DNA of 64,000 nucleotides from Akkermansia sp. GTDB taxonomy: Bacteria > Verrucomicrobiota > Verrucomicrobiia > Limisphaerales > SIBH01. The translations under genes were made by a program, and so were the position numbers. Shown here in pieces: positions 27,501-39,500 of the stretch. Under the pieces are notes generated by a model that was not told where the DNA came from, did no database searches, and worked only from the letters and a program-made list of their open reading frames with translations. Positions within the stretch are counted from its first letter, which is position 1. The number at the start of each line of letters is the position of its first letter. The stretch is taken from assembly GCA_043757045.1 (NCBI GenBank), contig JAYVQC010000241.1, positions 10,410-74,409 of the forward strand. The letters run 5' to 3'.

Positions 27501-30500
27501 AGGGCATCACACTCTCAGGCATCAGCTCGTCGGTGGTCGGCTCGGGGGCGCGGAGCATCGGCTCGGCGTTCGGTCTGCCGCATGATTTTCGGAACGACGA
27601 AAATTTCAACGGCAACCTGATGGGCTTCGGCTTCCGGGGCATCCGCGGCGTGTTTCACCCGGAGCTGTATCTCTACAATTACTGCACGCTTTCCTACGCC
27701 TCGGCGCTGAACTTGAGCGCGAATCCGTTCTTCAGCCCCGGACGTCTCGCGACGGACATCGTGCCGCCGAACGTGAGCGTCACGACCTCCGGCCCCCGCG
27801 CGCCCTTCGGCGGTCTGCTCGACATTGAATTCACCGCCACGGACGACCAGGCATTGCACTCGGCGGTGCTGACGTGGGAACAGTCGGCGGATTTCGTGAT
27901 GGCCGAGGAGATGTTACTGAACGGCACGTCGGCGGGCGGTACTTTTTCCACCGCCTTTTATTTGCCGGGCCAGACGAACCGCTACCGCGTCACGGTCTAT
28001 GATCGTTTCGGCAATGAGCGTTCGGCCACGACCACCATCGTGCCGTCCGTGCCGGTCAACCAGGCTCCGCAGCCCTTCATCCGCGTCCGCCCCGTGATCG
28101 CGGGACCGGGTGAGGATGTGCTGCTGGATGCCTCGGAAACTTTTGATCCAGAACACACCGTGGGCTTCCTCGAAGTGGAATGGGATCTCACCGGTGATGG
28201 AAACTTCGACACCGCGCCCACCAGCGAACTGGCGGGCCTGTTCAACTTCAGCACGCTGGGCAGCCGCCTCATCCGCGCGCGCCTCACGGACCCGGCGGGT
28301 GATGTCGCCATCTCCGCGCCCGTGGCCCTGAACATTGTGGATTGCCAGACGGGCCTTTCTCCGACCAGCCGCAGCCACGGCTACGGAGGCGGCGCGAACA
28401 AAGTCACCGTCACGGCGGGACCGAAATGCCGCTGGCTGCCCGTGACCACGAATGACTGGATCACGCTCACGAACGGAAACTATCCCGTCGGTCGCGTCAC
28501 TTCTGCCCCCGTTTCCTGTTACGAGGCGGTGGGACCTTCGCCGGTGGGACCGAGAGTGGACGGGCCGGAATTCACCGGCACCGTGGTCCTCAACTACACC
28601 CTCGCGGCCAACCCGCTCTTCACCGAGCGGCGCGGTTACATCTTCATTGGCGATCAAATTTACACGGTCATCCAGCAGCCGGCGGTCTGCACGTTCTCGA
28701 TTTCACCGACCAACCGTTTTCATGGCTACGGCTCCGGCGGCAGCGGCACCATCAAAGTCACGCCCAAGGCGAGCTGCCCGTGGACGGCGATCAACACGAA
28801 CTCCTGGATCACCATCACCTCGGGCGGCAGCGGCACGGGCACGGGCACGGTGAACTACGTCATCGGCGAGAACCGTGTGACCGGGCGGCGCTCGGGCAAC
28901 ATCGTGATTGATGACCGCGTCTTCACCGTCTCGCAGTGGGGTACGAACTGTGAAGTCGCCGTCAACCCCGCGACGCGCGAGCACTCCGCCAGCCCTGAGG
29001 CCGTCACCAACACGATCAGCACGGCTTCGCTTTGCCCGTGGGTGGTCGAGAACACGAACGGCTGGATCAGCATCCTGTCGCCGTTGAGCGGAAACATTTC
29101 GAGCAACCTCATCTATTCTGTCGCGCCGAACTTCGGCGCGGAGACGCGCACCGGTGTCGTGACGGTCAACGGCGAGACGTTGATCATTACACAGTCGGCG
29201 TGCTCGTTGTCCATCGAACCGGCGGCGCGCGCGCATCTGTTCTCCGCGTCCACGGGTTCGATCTGTGTCGCGGCGGGACCGATTTGCGCGTGGTCGGTGA
29301 GCACCACGAACACTTGGATTTCTATCCTGTCCGCGTCGAGCGCGATCAGCACGGGGCGTGTGGATTATGTCGTCGAGGCCAATCCCATCAGCGTGGCGCG
29401 CGTCGGCGTCATCTCGGTGGCGGGGTATGAGTTCCTCATCACGCAAGACCCGAAGCCGTGTTATTTCGCGGTCACGAACATGGACGAGGCGCGCAGCGAA
29501 AGCTTCGGCGAGAGCGGCGGCGACAGTGCCATTTACATCTACACCGACATCGGCTGCAACTGGACGGCGGTCTCGGACTCGACGTGGATTTCCATTCTCG
29601 ACGGCGCTTCCGGCCACGGTTCCGGCACGGTCATCTTCGTGGTCGCGCGCAACGCCGGCCCGGCCCGCAGCGGCCTCATCACGGTCGCGGGCGAGGATTA
29701 TCACATCACGCAGGCCAGCGGCGTGCGCGAGGTGCGGCTCACGGACACGGTCGTGGCGAGCGGGCAGACCAACGCGATTTACATCATCCTCGATGCGCAC
29801 GGCGGCGAAAACACGCTGGCCTTCAGCCTGTGCTACGACACGAACTTGCTCGCCTTCGCCTCGGCGTCCTTGCTCCCGTCCGCGCCACTCACGGCGGTGT
29901 TGACGGTGGCGAACCAGCAGGCGGCGCAGGGCCAGGTCGGCCTCACCGTCGCGATGCCCAACGGCTTCTCGCTCCCCGCCGGCACCGGCACGGTGGTGAA
30001 AGTTTTGCTCGCGGGCAAACTGGTCAACGGCAAGCCCTACACCACGGTCAGCGTGTGCGACGCGCCCGTCGCGCGCTCCTTGACGGACGCGGGTTCTCCG
30101 CCTTCCGCGCTGACGGCGAGTTTCGGCAGCAGCACCGTGCGCGTGCTCGGCCTGTGCTCGCTGGCCGAAGCGCTGGACGTGACGAATCTGACCTTCGTGA
30201 CCGGCCCGATCCCGTGGGGCTGCCAGGCGGAAGTGACGCACGATTTCGAAGATGCGGCCGTGAGCGGCACGGTGCCGGCGAGCGGTGAATCCTATTTTGA
30301 AACCACCGTGACCGGCCCCGGCACGTTGAGCTTCTGGTGGAAAGTATCGAGCGAACTGGACAACGATCGTCTGCGTTTCTACATGGACGGCGGCACGCAG
30401 TTCACCCTCTCCGGCGAAGTGGACTGGGAGGCGCGCACCTTCAGCGTGCCGGCCGGCGCGCACACCTTCCGCTGGCGCTACAACAAAAACCTCGGGACGA

Positions 30501-33500
30501 TCACGAACGGCCAGGATCGCGCGTGGGTGGATCGGGTCGTCTATGAGGCCGCGCCGCCGAGCATCACCAGCCAGCCCGTGGCGCAGGCCGTGGATCAGGG
30601 CGCGACGGCGACCTTCAGCGTGGCGGTCGCGGGCCAGGCTCCGTTCACGTATCAATGGCGGTTGAACAATGCGCCGCTGGTCGAGAACGCGGTCATTCGC
30701 GGCACCATCACGCCCACGCTCACGCTCTCGAATGTGCAGCCCTCGCAGATCGGAAATTACTCCGTCGTCATCACCACGGCGCAGGGCGCGCTGGTCAGCT
30801 CGAACGCGCCGCTCACCGTCACGCCGCTGTTGCCGCTGCCCGAGGCGCTCGACACCACGTTCAACATCACGTCGAGCGGCAACGCGAACTGGGTCGGCCA
30901 GGCGCTCGTCTCGCACGACGGCGTGGACGCGGGCCGCAGCGGGCCGATCACGCACAACCAGTCGTCATCGTTCCAAACCATCATCAACGGCCCCGGCACA
31001 CTCCGCTTTTGGTGGAAAGTTTCCTCCGAATCCGGTGACCGCCTGCGCTTTCTCATCAATGGCGTCGAGCAGACCGGCATCACGGGTGACGTGGACTGGC
31101 AGGAAAAAATTTACACTCTCGGCCCCAACGCCCAGACGCTGCTCTGGACTTACGCGAAAAATTCCAGCGGCTCGCTGCTCGAAGATCGCGGCTGGGTGGA
31201 TGAAATCCGCTTCCTCCCGCAAGCCGTCGCCATCACCGCGCAGCCCACGAACCAGATCACCGACCAGGGCACGAACGCCCTCTTCGCCGTGGGCGTGAGC
31301 GGCACCCCGCCCATTTATTATCAATGGCTGTTCAACAACGCACCCATCCCCGGCGCGAACAGCGCGACGCTCAATGTTCCCAACGTGCAGCCTGCGAACA
31401 ACGGTCTCTACTCCGTCTTCGTCACCAACGTCGTCGGCAGCACGACCAGCTCGAACGCCTCCTTGCTTGTGAACCTCCTCGTCCCGCTGGCCGAGGCGCT
31501 CGACACCACGAACCTCACCTGGACTACCACCACGACCCCCGCCGGAGCCGCGCCGTGGGTCGGCCAGGTCGCCACTTCGCACGACGGCACCGACTCCGCC
31601 CGCACCGGCATCATCGGGGACGGCGTCACCACCACGCTCGCCACCACGCTGACCGGACCCGGCACGTTCTATTTCTGGTGGAAAGTTTCCTCGCAAGGTG
31701 CCGGCTCCGACCGCCTGCGCTTCTACATCAACGGCTCCGCGCAGGAGGACATCTCTGGCGAAGTGGACTGGACTTTCCGCAGTTGGACCATCCCCAGCGG
31801 CGCGAACCAGATCGTGGATTTCCGTTACGTGAAAAACGCCAGTGGCAAGGCCGGCCTCGACATGGGCTGGGTGGACCAGGTGCGTTACGTGCCGAACGGC
31901 ACGCCCACCGCGCCGTTCTTCGCCGTGCAACCGGCCCCTCGCACCGTGGTCGTGCCGGCGGGCGTCAGCTTCAACGCCCTGGCCGGCGGGTCCACGCCGC
32001 TCAATTACCAATGGCAGTTCAACGGTGTGCCGCTGACCAACGGCGCCGGCATCGCCGGCGCTACGACCACCAACCTCACGCTCAGTGGCGCGGCGGCGGC
32101 CGTGGCGGGAAATTATTCCGTGCTCGTCACGAACAGCGCGGGGGCCACGCTCAGCGCGCCGGCCTCGCTCACCGTCATCACCGCGCCTTTCATCACGAAC
32201 GCGCCGGTGGACCGCTACGCCGTCGCCGGATCGAACGCCGTCTTCAACGTCGGCGCGCTCGGCCAAGCCCCGCTCACCTACCAGTGGATGCGCGACGGCA
32301 CGAACCTGATCAACGGCGCGAAGTTCAGCGGCGTCACCACTTCCAATCTCACCATCCTTAGCGCGCAGGTGGCAGATGAAGGAGTTTATTCCGTCATCGT
32401 GAGCAACGCCGCCGGTACCGCAAGCAGCTTGCAAGGCGCAGGCACGCTCACCGTTTGGAGCGCGGCGCGCAGCGGCGTGATTGCGAACAGCGGGAACACC
32501 TTGCTCGAAGCGAACGTGACCGGACCGGGCACGATTAAGTTCGCGTGGAAAGTTTCCTCGCAGACGAACAGCGACTCCTTCCTCTTCCTGCGTGGTGCGA
32601 CGGAACTTGCCCGCATCTCCGGCGAAGTGGACTGGCAGCAGCAGACGTTCGCCATTCCGGCGGGCGCGCACACCTTGCGCTGGCAGTACGTGAAGGACGC
32701 GGCCGGCAGCGCCGGTTCCGACGCGGGCTTCCTCGATCATGTGGAGTTCATTTCCGACACCGCCGTCGCGCCCCAGGTCACGGGGCAGCCGACGGGCCGC
32801 ACCGTGTTCTCAGGTAGCACCGTGAGCTTCGACGCAACGGTGACCGGCTCCATGCCGCTCACCTATCAATGGCGTTTGAACGGCACGCCGCTGTTCAACT
32901 CCGCCAGCATCGGCGGCGCGCAGACGCCGCGTCTCACGCTCTCCGGTCTCACGCTCGGCCAGGCGGGCAGCTACTCACTGCTCGTCAGCAACGCGGCGGG
33001 CGTCGTCACCAGTTCAAACGCCGCGCTCGTCGTCAATGCCCTTCCGGCGGGCAACGCGCCCGTCATCACCACGCCGCCCACGAGTTATCAGACGAGCGAG
33101 AACGCTTCTGTGACTTTCACCGTCGCCGCGACCGGCGCGGCCCCGCTCAGTTATCAATGGTTCTTGAACGGCGCTCCGCTCGCGAACGTCGCCGGAGCCA
33201 GCCCCGTCAGTGGCGCGACCACCGCGAGCCTCAGCTTGAGCAACGTGCAGGCGACGCAGGCGGGCAACTACACCGTGGTCGTCAGCAACGCCGTCGGCCT
33301 CGCCAGCGCCCGCGCTTCGCTCTCCGTCCTCACGCTCGGCGAGGCGGCAGGCGCTCCCTACATCGCCTTCGCCCAGGCCGGCAACGCCTCGTGGATCGCG
33401 CAGACCAGCGCCACCGCGCACGACGGCGTGGACGACGTCCGCTCCGGCGTCATTAATCACGGCGAAAATTCGCGCCTGGAAACGTATGTCGAGGGACCGG

Positions 33501-36500
33501 GCACCGTGACCTTCTGGTGGAAGGTTTCCTGCGAAGCGAGCGATGACAATTTGCGCTTCTACATCGGCGCTTCCGAAATGATCCGCATCTCCGGCGAGGT
33601 CCCGTGGGAGCAGAAAACTTACGCCGTTCCCGCCGGCACACAGTTGCTCAAGTGGCGCTACGGCAAAGGCACCAGTGGCACGGCGGGCCAGGACGCGGGC
33701 TGGGTGGACGACATCACTTACATGCCCAGCACGATCAATGTCGCGCCCGTCATCACGAACCAGCCGGTGAGCCTCAGCCTCCTCGCCGGTCACACTGCGA
33801 TCTTCGGCGCGGGCGCGGGCGGCTCGATGCCCCTGACCTTCCAATGGCGCTCGAATGGCGTGCCGGTTTTGAATGGCAACGGCGTGAGCGGCGCGCGTGG
33901 CCCGCGTTTGACCATCCTCAGCGTCCCGGCGCAGTCGGCGAACTACTCGCTCTTCGTGAGCAACGCCGCCGGCACAGCCACGAGCGCGGTGGTGATGTTG
34001 AACGCCACGTCCGTTCTCTCCGCGCCGATCATTTCACTCCAGCCCACGAACCGCAGCGTGACCGAGGGCGAGTCCGCGAGCTTCAGCATTCTCGCCAGCG
34101 GCGCGCTGCCGCTCACCTATCAATGGCTGCTCAATGGCGTCCCGCTGGTGAACGGCGCGGGTGTGAGCGGCGCGACCACCAACACGCTTTCGCTCAACAA
34201 CGTGCAGGCCGCGCACATCGGCACGTACTCGGTGGTCGTCAGCAATTCCGCCGGCACCGCGGTCAGCAGCCCCGCGTCGCTCACGGTGCTCACGATGAGC
34301 GAAGTGGTGGGCGCTCCGTATTTGAATCTCGCCGTGCTCGGCCAGCCGTGGCTCGTGCAGAACAGCTCGACCTATACGCCCGGCACGACCAACGGCGGCG
34401 CTCGCCTCATCGTCAGCGTGCCGGCCTCGATCACCACCCAGCCCGCCGGACAGTCGGTGGTGGAAGGCAACGACGCGATGTTCACCGTCGGCACGGCTGG
34501 CTCGCCTCCGCTCTTCCTGCAATGGCGTTTGAATGGCGTGGCGCTCTTGGACGGCAACGGCCTCAGTGGGGTGAATTCCAACACGCTGGTCATCAGTGGC
34601 GTGCAGCCCGTGGACGCGGGCAATTACTCCGTCACCGTCAGCAACGCCGTCGGCTTCGTGATCAGTTCCAACGCCGCGCTCGTCGTGCTCACGCCGCCGA
34701 GCATCACCACGCCGCCCGCCGCGCTCACCGTCGCCGAAGGTGCTCCGGCCTCTTTCACCGTCCTCGCCGCTGGCACCGCGCCGCTGTCCTACCAGTGGAA
34801 GCGCAACGGCACGAACATCGCCAACGGCGGCAGCGTCAGCGGCGCGAACACAGCCACGCTCACCTTGAACAACGCGCAGCCGTTGCAGGGCGGTCTTTAC
34901 TCGGTCGCGATCAGCAACACGGCGGGCGGCATCGTCAGTTCGCCCGTCCAGTTCAGCGTCATCGCCGCACTCACGGTCGGCGAGGCGATGAATGCGCCGT
35001 ATCTCACCTGGAGCACCGACCTCGGTGCGCCGTGGACGGTGCAGACAAACGTGACGCACGACGGCGAGGCGGCGGCGCAGAGCGGCACGATTGTGGACGG
35101 CACTTCGAGCACGCTCGAAACGACCGTGGTCGGCCCCGGCACGATTCGTTTCTGGTGGCGAGTTTCTTCGCAGACCAACGCGGACCATCTGACCTTCTCG
35201 GCCAACGGCGCAACGTGGGCGCAAATTTCCGGCCTGACGGGCTGGCAGTATCAATCCTTCGTCGTCCCCGGCGGACTCGTGACCTTGCGCTGGACGTACA
35301 GCAAGGACGCGGGCGGCTTCACGGGCTTGGATCGCGGCTGGTTGGATGAAGTGGACTTCGTCCCGAGCAGCGGCCCGTCCGTGCCGGTGATTGTGCAGGA
35401 ACCAGTCGGCGTGGAGGTGAACCCCGGCGAGAATGTGAGCTTCTCCATCCAGGCGCTCGGCACTGCGCCGCTCAGTTATCAATGGCGCTTCGAAGGCCAA
35501 GAACTCGGCGACGGCGGCAACGTCCTCGGCTCGAAGACGCCGACGCTGACCATCAGCGGCGTGAATCAGGCGCAGGCCGGCCTTTACGATGTGGTGGTGC
35601 GGAACCCCTACAGCCTCGACATCAGCGAGCAGGTGTTTCTGAGCGTGATTCCGGTCATCTCAATCCCGGTCGCGGTGGACACCGATCACACGAATCTGCT
35701 CTGGGTCAGCGGCGCAACCGTCGGCGGCCTGCCGTGGCGCGGCCAGACCAACATCAAGTCCGACCTGATTGACGCAGCGGTGAGTGGCACGATTGGTCAC
35801 GGCATGACGAGTTGGGTGCAGACCGTGGTGTCCGGCCCGGGCGCGATTTCCTTCTTCTGGAAATGCTCTTCGGAAACGAACCAGGATCGGATGCGCTTCA
35901 CGGTGGACGGCGTGGAAGTGGCGAACATCTCCGGCGAGACCGACTGGCGGCAGCGCACCTTCACGATCAATGATCCCGGCACCATGTTGCGCTGGTCTTA
36001 CACCAAGAGCGCGACCGGACTCTCCGGCCTCGACCGCGCGTGGCTCGATCAAGTCGTCTTTGGTCCGACCGCGCCGATCATCACGAACACCAGCCAGAAT
36101 GTGTTCGTCGTGGACGTGGGCACGACCGTGCGCTTCAACGTGGCGGCGAGTGGAACCACGCCCTTGAGCTACCAGTGGAGTTTCACGCCGCCCGGTTTGC
36201 TGCACGGCACAAACCTGCTCAACGGCAACACCAATCTCCCGCTCTACCCCGGCTTCCTCGTTGGCGCGGTGGGCAACCGCCGCCTGACCATCTCGAATGC
36301 GCAGCCTGAACAGAGCGGCACGTACGAAGTGGAAGTCTCGAACCCCGCCGGTTCTGCCGTCAGCCCGCCGTTCACGCTGCAAGTGATTCCGTCGTTGCCG
36401 CTCGCCGACGCGTTGAACACCAATCTCATCTGGGAAACCTACGGCTACTCGTGGTGGGTCGGCTCGACGAACATTCATCGTGACGGCCTGGCCGCGCGGA

Positions 36501-39500
36501 GCGGCTCCATGCCGGGCAGCGAGTCCACCACTTTGAAAACGACGGTGCAGGGGCCGGGCACGCTCTCCTTCTGGTGGCGCGCGTCCACGGAAACGAACGT
36601 GGACATCATGAGCTTCGAAATTAACGGCGCCATCACCTCGGAAATTTCCGGCAACCACAACTGGTCGCAGAAAACCTATGACCTCGACTCCGGCACGTTT
36701 GTGCTGACGTGGAATTACAACAAGAGCGGTCTTTTCACGAACGGTCTCGACACCGTGTTCCTCGATCAAGTTGTGTTCGCGCCCATCGCGCCGATCCTCA
36801 CGAACCAGCCGGTGGCGCGCGTCATTGACCAAGGCTCGGCGGTCAGCTTCACCGCCGGGGTGCGCGGCACTCCGCCTCTTTCGTACCAGTGGTTCCTCAA
36901 TGGCTCGCCGCTGGTCAACGGCGGCGGCATCAGCGGGGCACGGACGCTCACGTTGAACTTGAGCGGCGTGCAGCTTGCGCAGGCGGGCTACTACTCGGTC
37001 GAAGTCAGCAACGTAGTGGGCGCGGTGAACAGCTTGCCGGCAGCGCTCACGGTGTTGCCGACCTTCCCGATTGCCGAGGCGATTGATAACGCGGATTACG
37101 CCTGGACCACGGGCAGCCCCGGCTGGATCGGGCAGAACCAGACGACCTTCGACGGCGTGGATGCGGTGAAGTCGCCGACCACGGCGAACAGTGGAAGTTC
37201 GACGATGCAGGCGACCCTCGCCGGTCCCGGCACCGTGCAGTTCAAGTGGAAGGTGTCCTCGCAGACGAACAACGGCACGGGCGGCGACGAGTTGATTTTC
37301 TACACGAACAACACCGCGCTCGCGCGCATCTCCGGCGAAGTGGGCTGGGAACAACGCTCGTTCTCGATCCTGCCCGGCAATCAGATCGTGAAGTGGACTT
37401 ACGCGAAGAACGCCAGCGTGACCAACGGCCAGGATCGCGGCTGGGTGGATCAATTTGTCTTCATCCCCACGCCGCCGAGTGTGACGACGCATCCGGCGGG
37501 AACGAATGTGGATCAAGGCGCGAGTACGACATTCACGGTCGGGGTATATGGCACGCCGCCGTTCACGTATCAGTGGCGCTATCAGGGCGTCGATATGTTT
37601 GGTGCGAACAGCGTGTCCGTGACGTTGAACAATGTGCAGCCGTGGCAGGCGGGCAATTACTCCGTCGTCGTCGGCAACGCGGCCGGCACGGCAAACAGTC
37701 TAAGCGCGGCGCTCACGGTCAACACGCTGGTCCCGCTCGCCGAGGCGCTCGACACCACGAACTTCGTCTGGGCGACCAGTGGCTCGCCCGCGTGGGTCGG
37801 CCAGATCGCCGTGGCGCACGACGGCTCGGATTCCGCCCGCATCCAGGACGTGCCGCACAGCGGCTCGGCCTCGGTGCAGACGACGATTCTCGGCCCGGGC
37901 ACGATCAGTTTCTGGTGGAAAGTTTCTTCGCAGACGAATGGTGATTATCTCACCTTCTACACGAACGGCGTCCTCGCCGTCCGCATCTCCGGCGAACAAG
38001 ACTGGGAAACCCGCGCCATCAATCTCGGCTCCGGCAACCAGACCCTCACCTGGACCTACGCGAAAAACACCAGCACCGTCGCCGGCCAGGATCGCGCGTG
38101 GCTCGACCAAGTCGGCTTCGGTCCCGTCGCGCCCACCATCACCGTGCAGCCCGCGAGCCGGGGCGTTGATGCCGGCAATGGCACGACCTTCGCCGTCACC
38201 GTCGCCGGCACCCCGCCCTTCACCTATCAATGGCAGCGCAACGGCCTCGACCTCGCCAACGGCCCCGGCCTCAGCGGCGTCAACACCTCCAACCTCGTCC
38301 TCACCGGCGTGCAGTCCGGCCAGGCCGGCGCGTATCGCGTCCTCGTCAGCGGCCAGGCCGGCGCGACGATCAGCGCCGCGGCGAACCTCACCGTCTATTC
38401 CATCCTCGCGCTCGACGAAGCCCTCGACACCCCCGGCCTCACTTGGACCACCAACGGCACCCCACCCTGGGTCGGCCACGCCGCCGTCACTCACGACAAC
38501 ACCGACGCCGCCCGCAGCGGCTCCATCGGCCACAGCCAAAGCACCTCCATGAGCACCATTCTCAACGGACCCGGCGCAGTGAGTTTCTGGTGGAAAGTTT
38601 CTTCGCAGACCAATGGGGATTACCTGACCTTCTTCACGAACGGCGTCCTCGCCGTCCGTATCTCCGGCGAACAAGACTGGCAGTTCAAGACCATCAACCT
38701 CGGCTCCGGCGCGCAGACCCTTACCTGGACTTACGCGAAGAACAGCAGCACCACCAACGGCGAAGACCGCGCCTACGTGGATCAAGTTTCCTTCGGCCTC
38801 GTTGCCCCGACCATCATCACCCAACCCGCGAACGTCACCGCCGAACCCGGCAGCAACGTCACCTTCACCGTCGTCGCCGCCGCCACGCCCCCTGTCTATT
38901 ATCAATGGCTGTTCAACGGCTCCCCGCTGGCCAACGGCCCCGGCCTCAGCGGGACCACCAACGCCTCCCTCATCGTCTCGAACGTCGGAGCCTCCGCCGT
39001 CGGCACCTACTCCGTCGTCGTCAGCAACTCCGTCAACCGCGTCACCAGCGCCGGCGCCACCCTCACCCTCAGCTCTAACGTCACCATCAACGCCGCCCTC
39101 GATGGCGGACTCGCCTTCACCACCGGCGGCACCGCCCCCGCGTGGAAAGGCCAGACCGGCGTCACCCGCGACGGCGTGGACGCCGCCCAGACCGGCCCCG
39201 CCACCGACAGCACCTACAGCTTCCTCAAAGTCACCGTCACCGGACCCGGCCCCCTCTCCTTCTGGTGGAAGTGCAGCACCGAAGTGGACCACGACTACCT
39301 TCGCTTCATGGTGGACGCTGTGGACCAGGTGAAAATCTCCGGCGAACAAGACTGGCAACTCATCAACTTCGACGTCCCCTCCGGCAGCCACGAACTCCAA
39401 TGGCGCTACTCGAAAAACTCGACCCTCACCGCCGGCGAAGACCGCGGCTGGCTCGACTACGTGTGGTTCAACCAGACCCCGCCCCCCATTATCATCGTCA

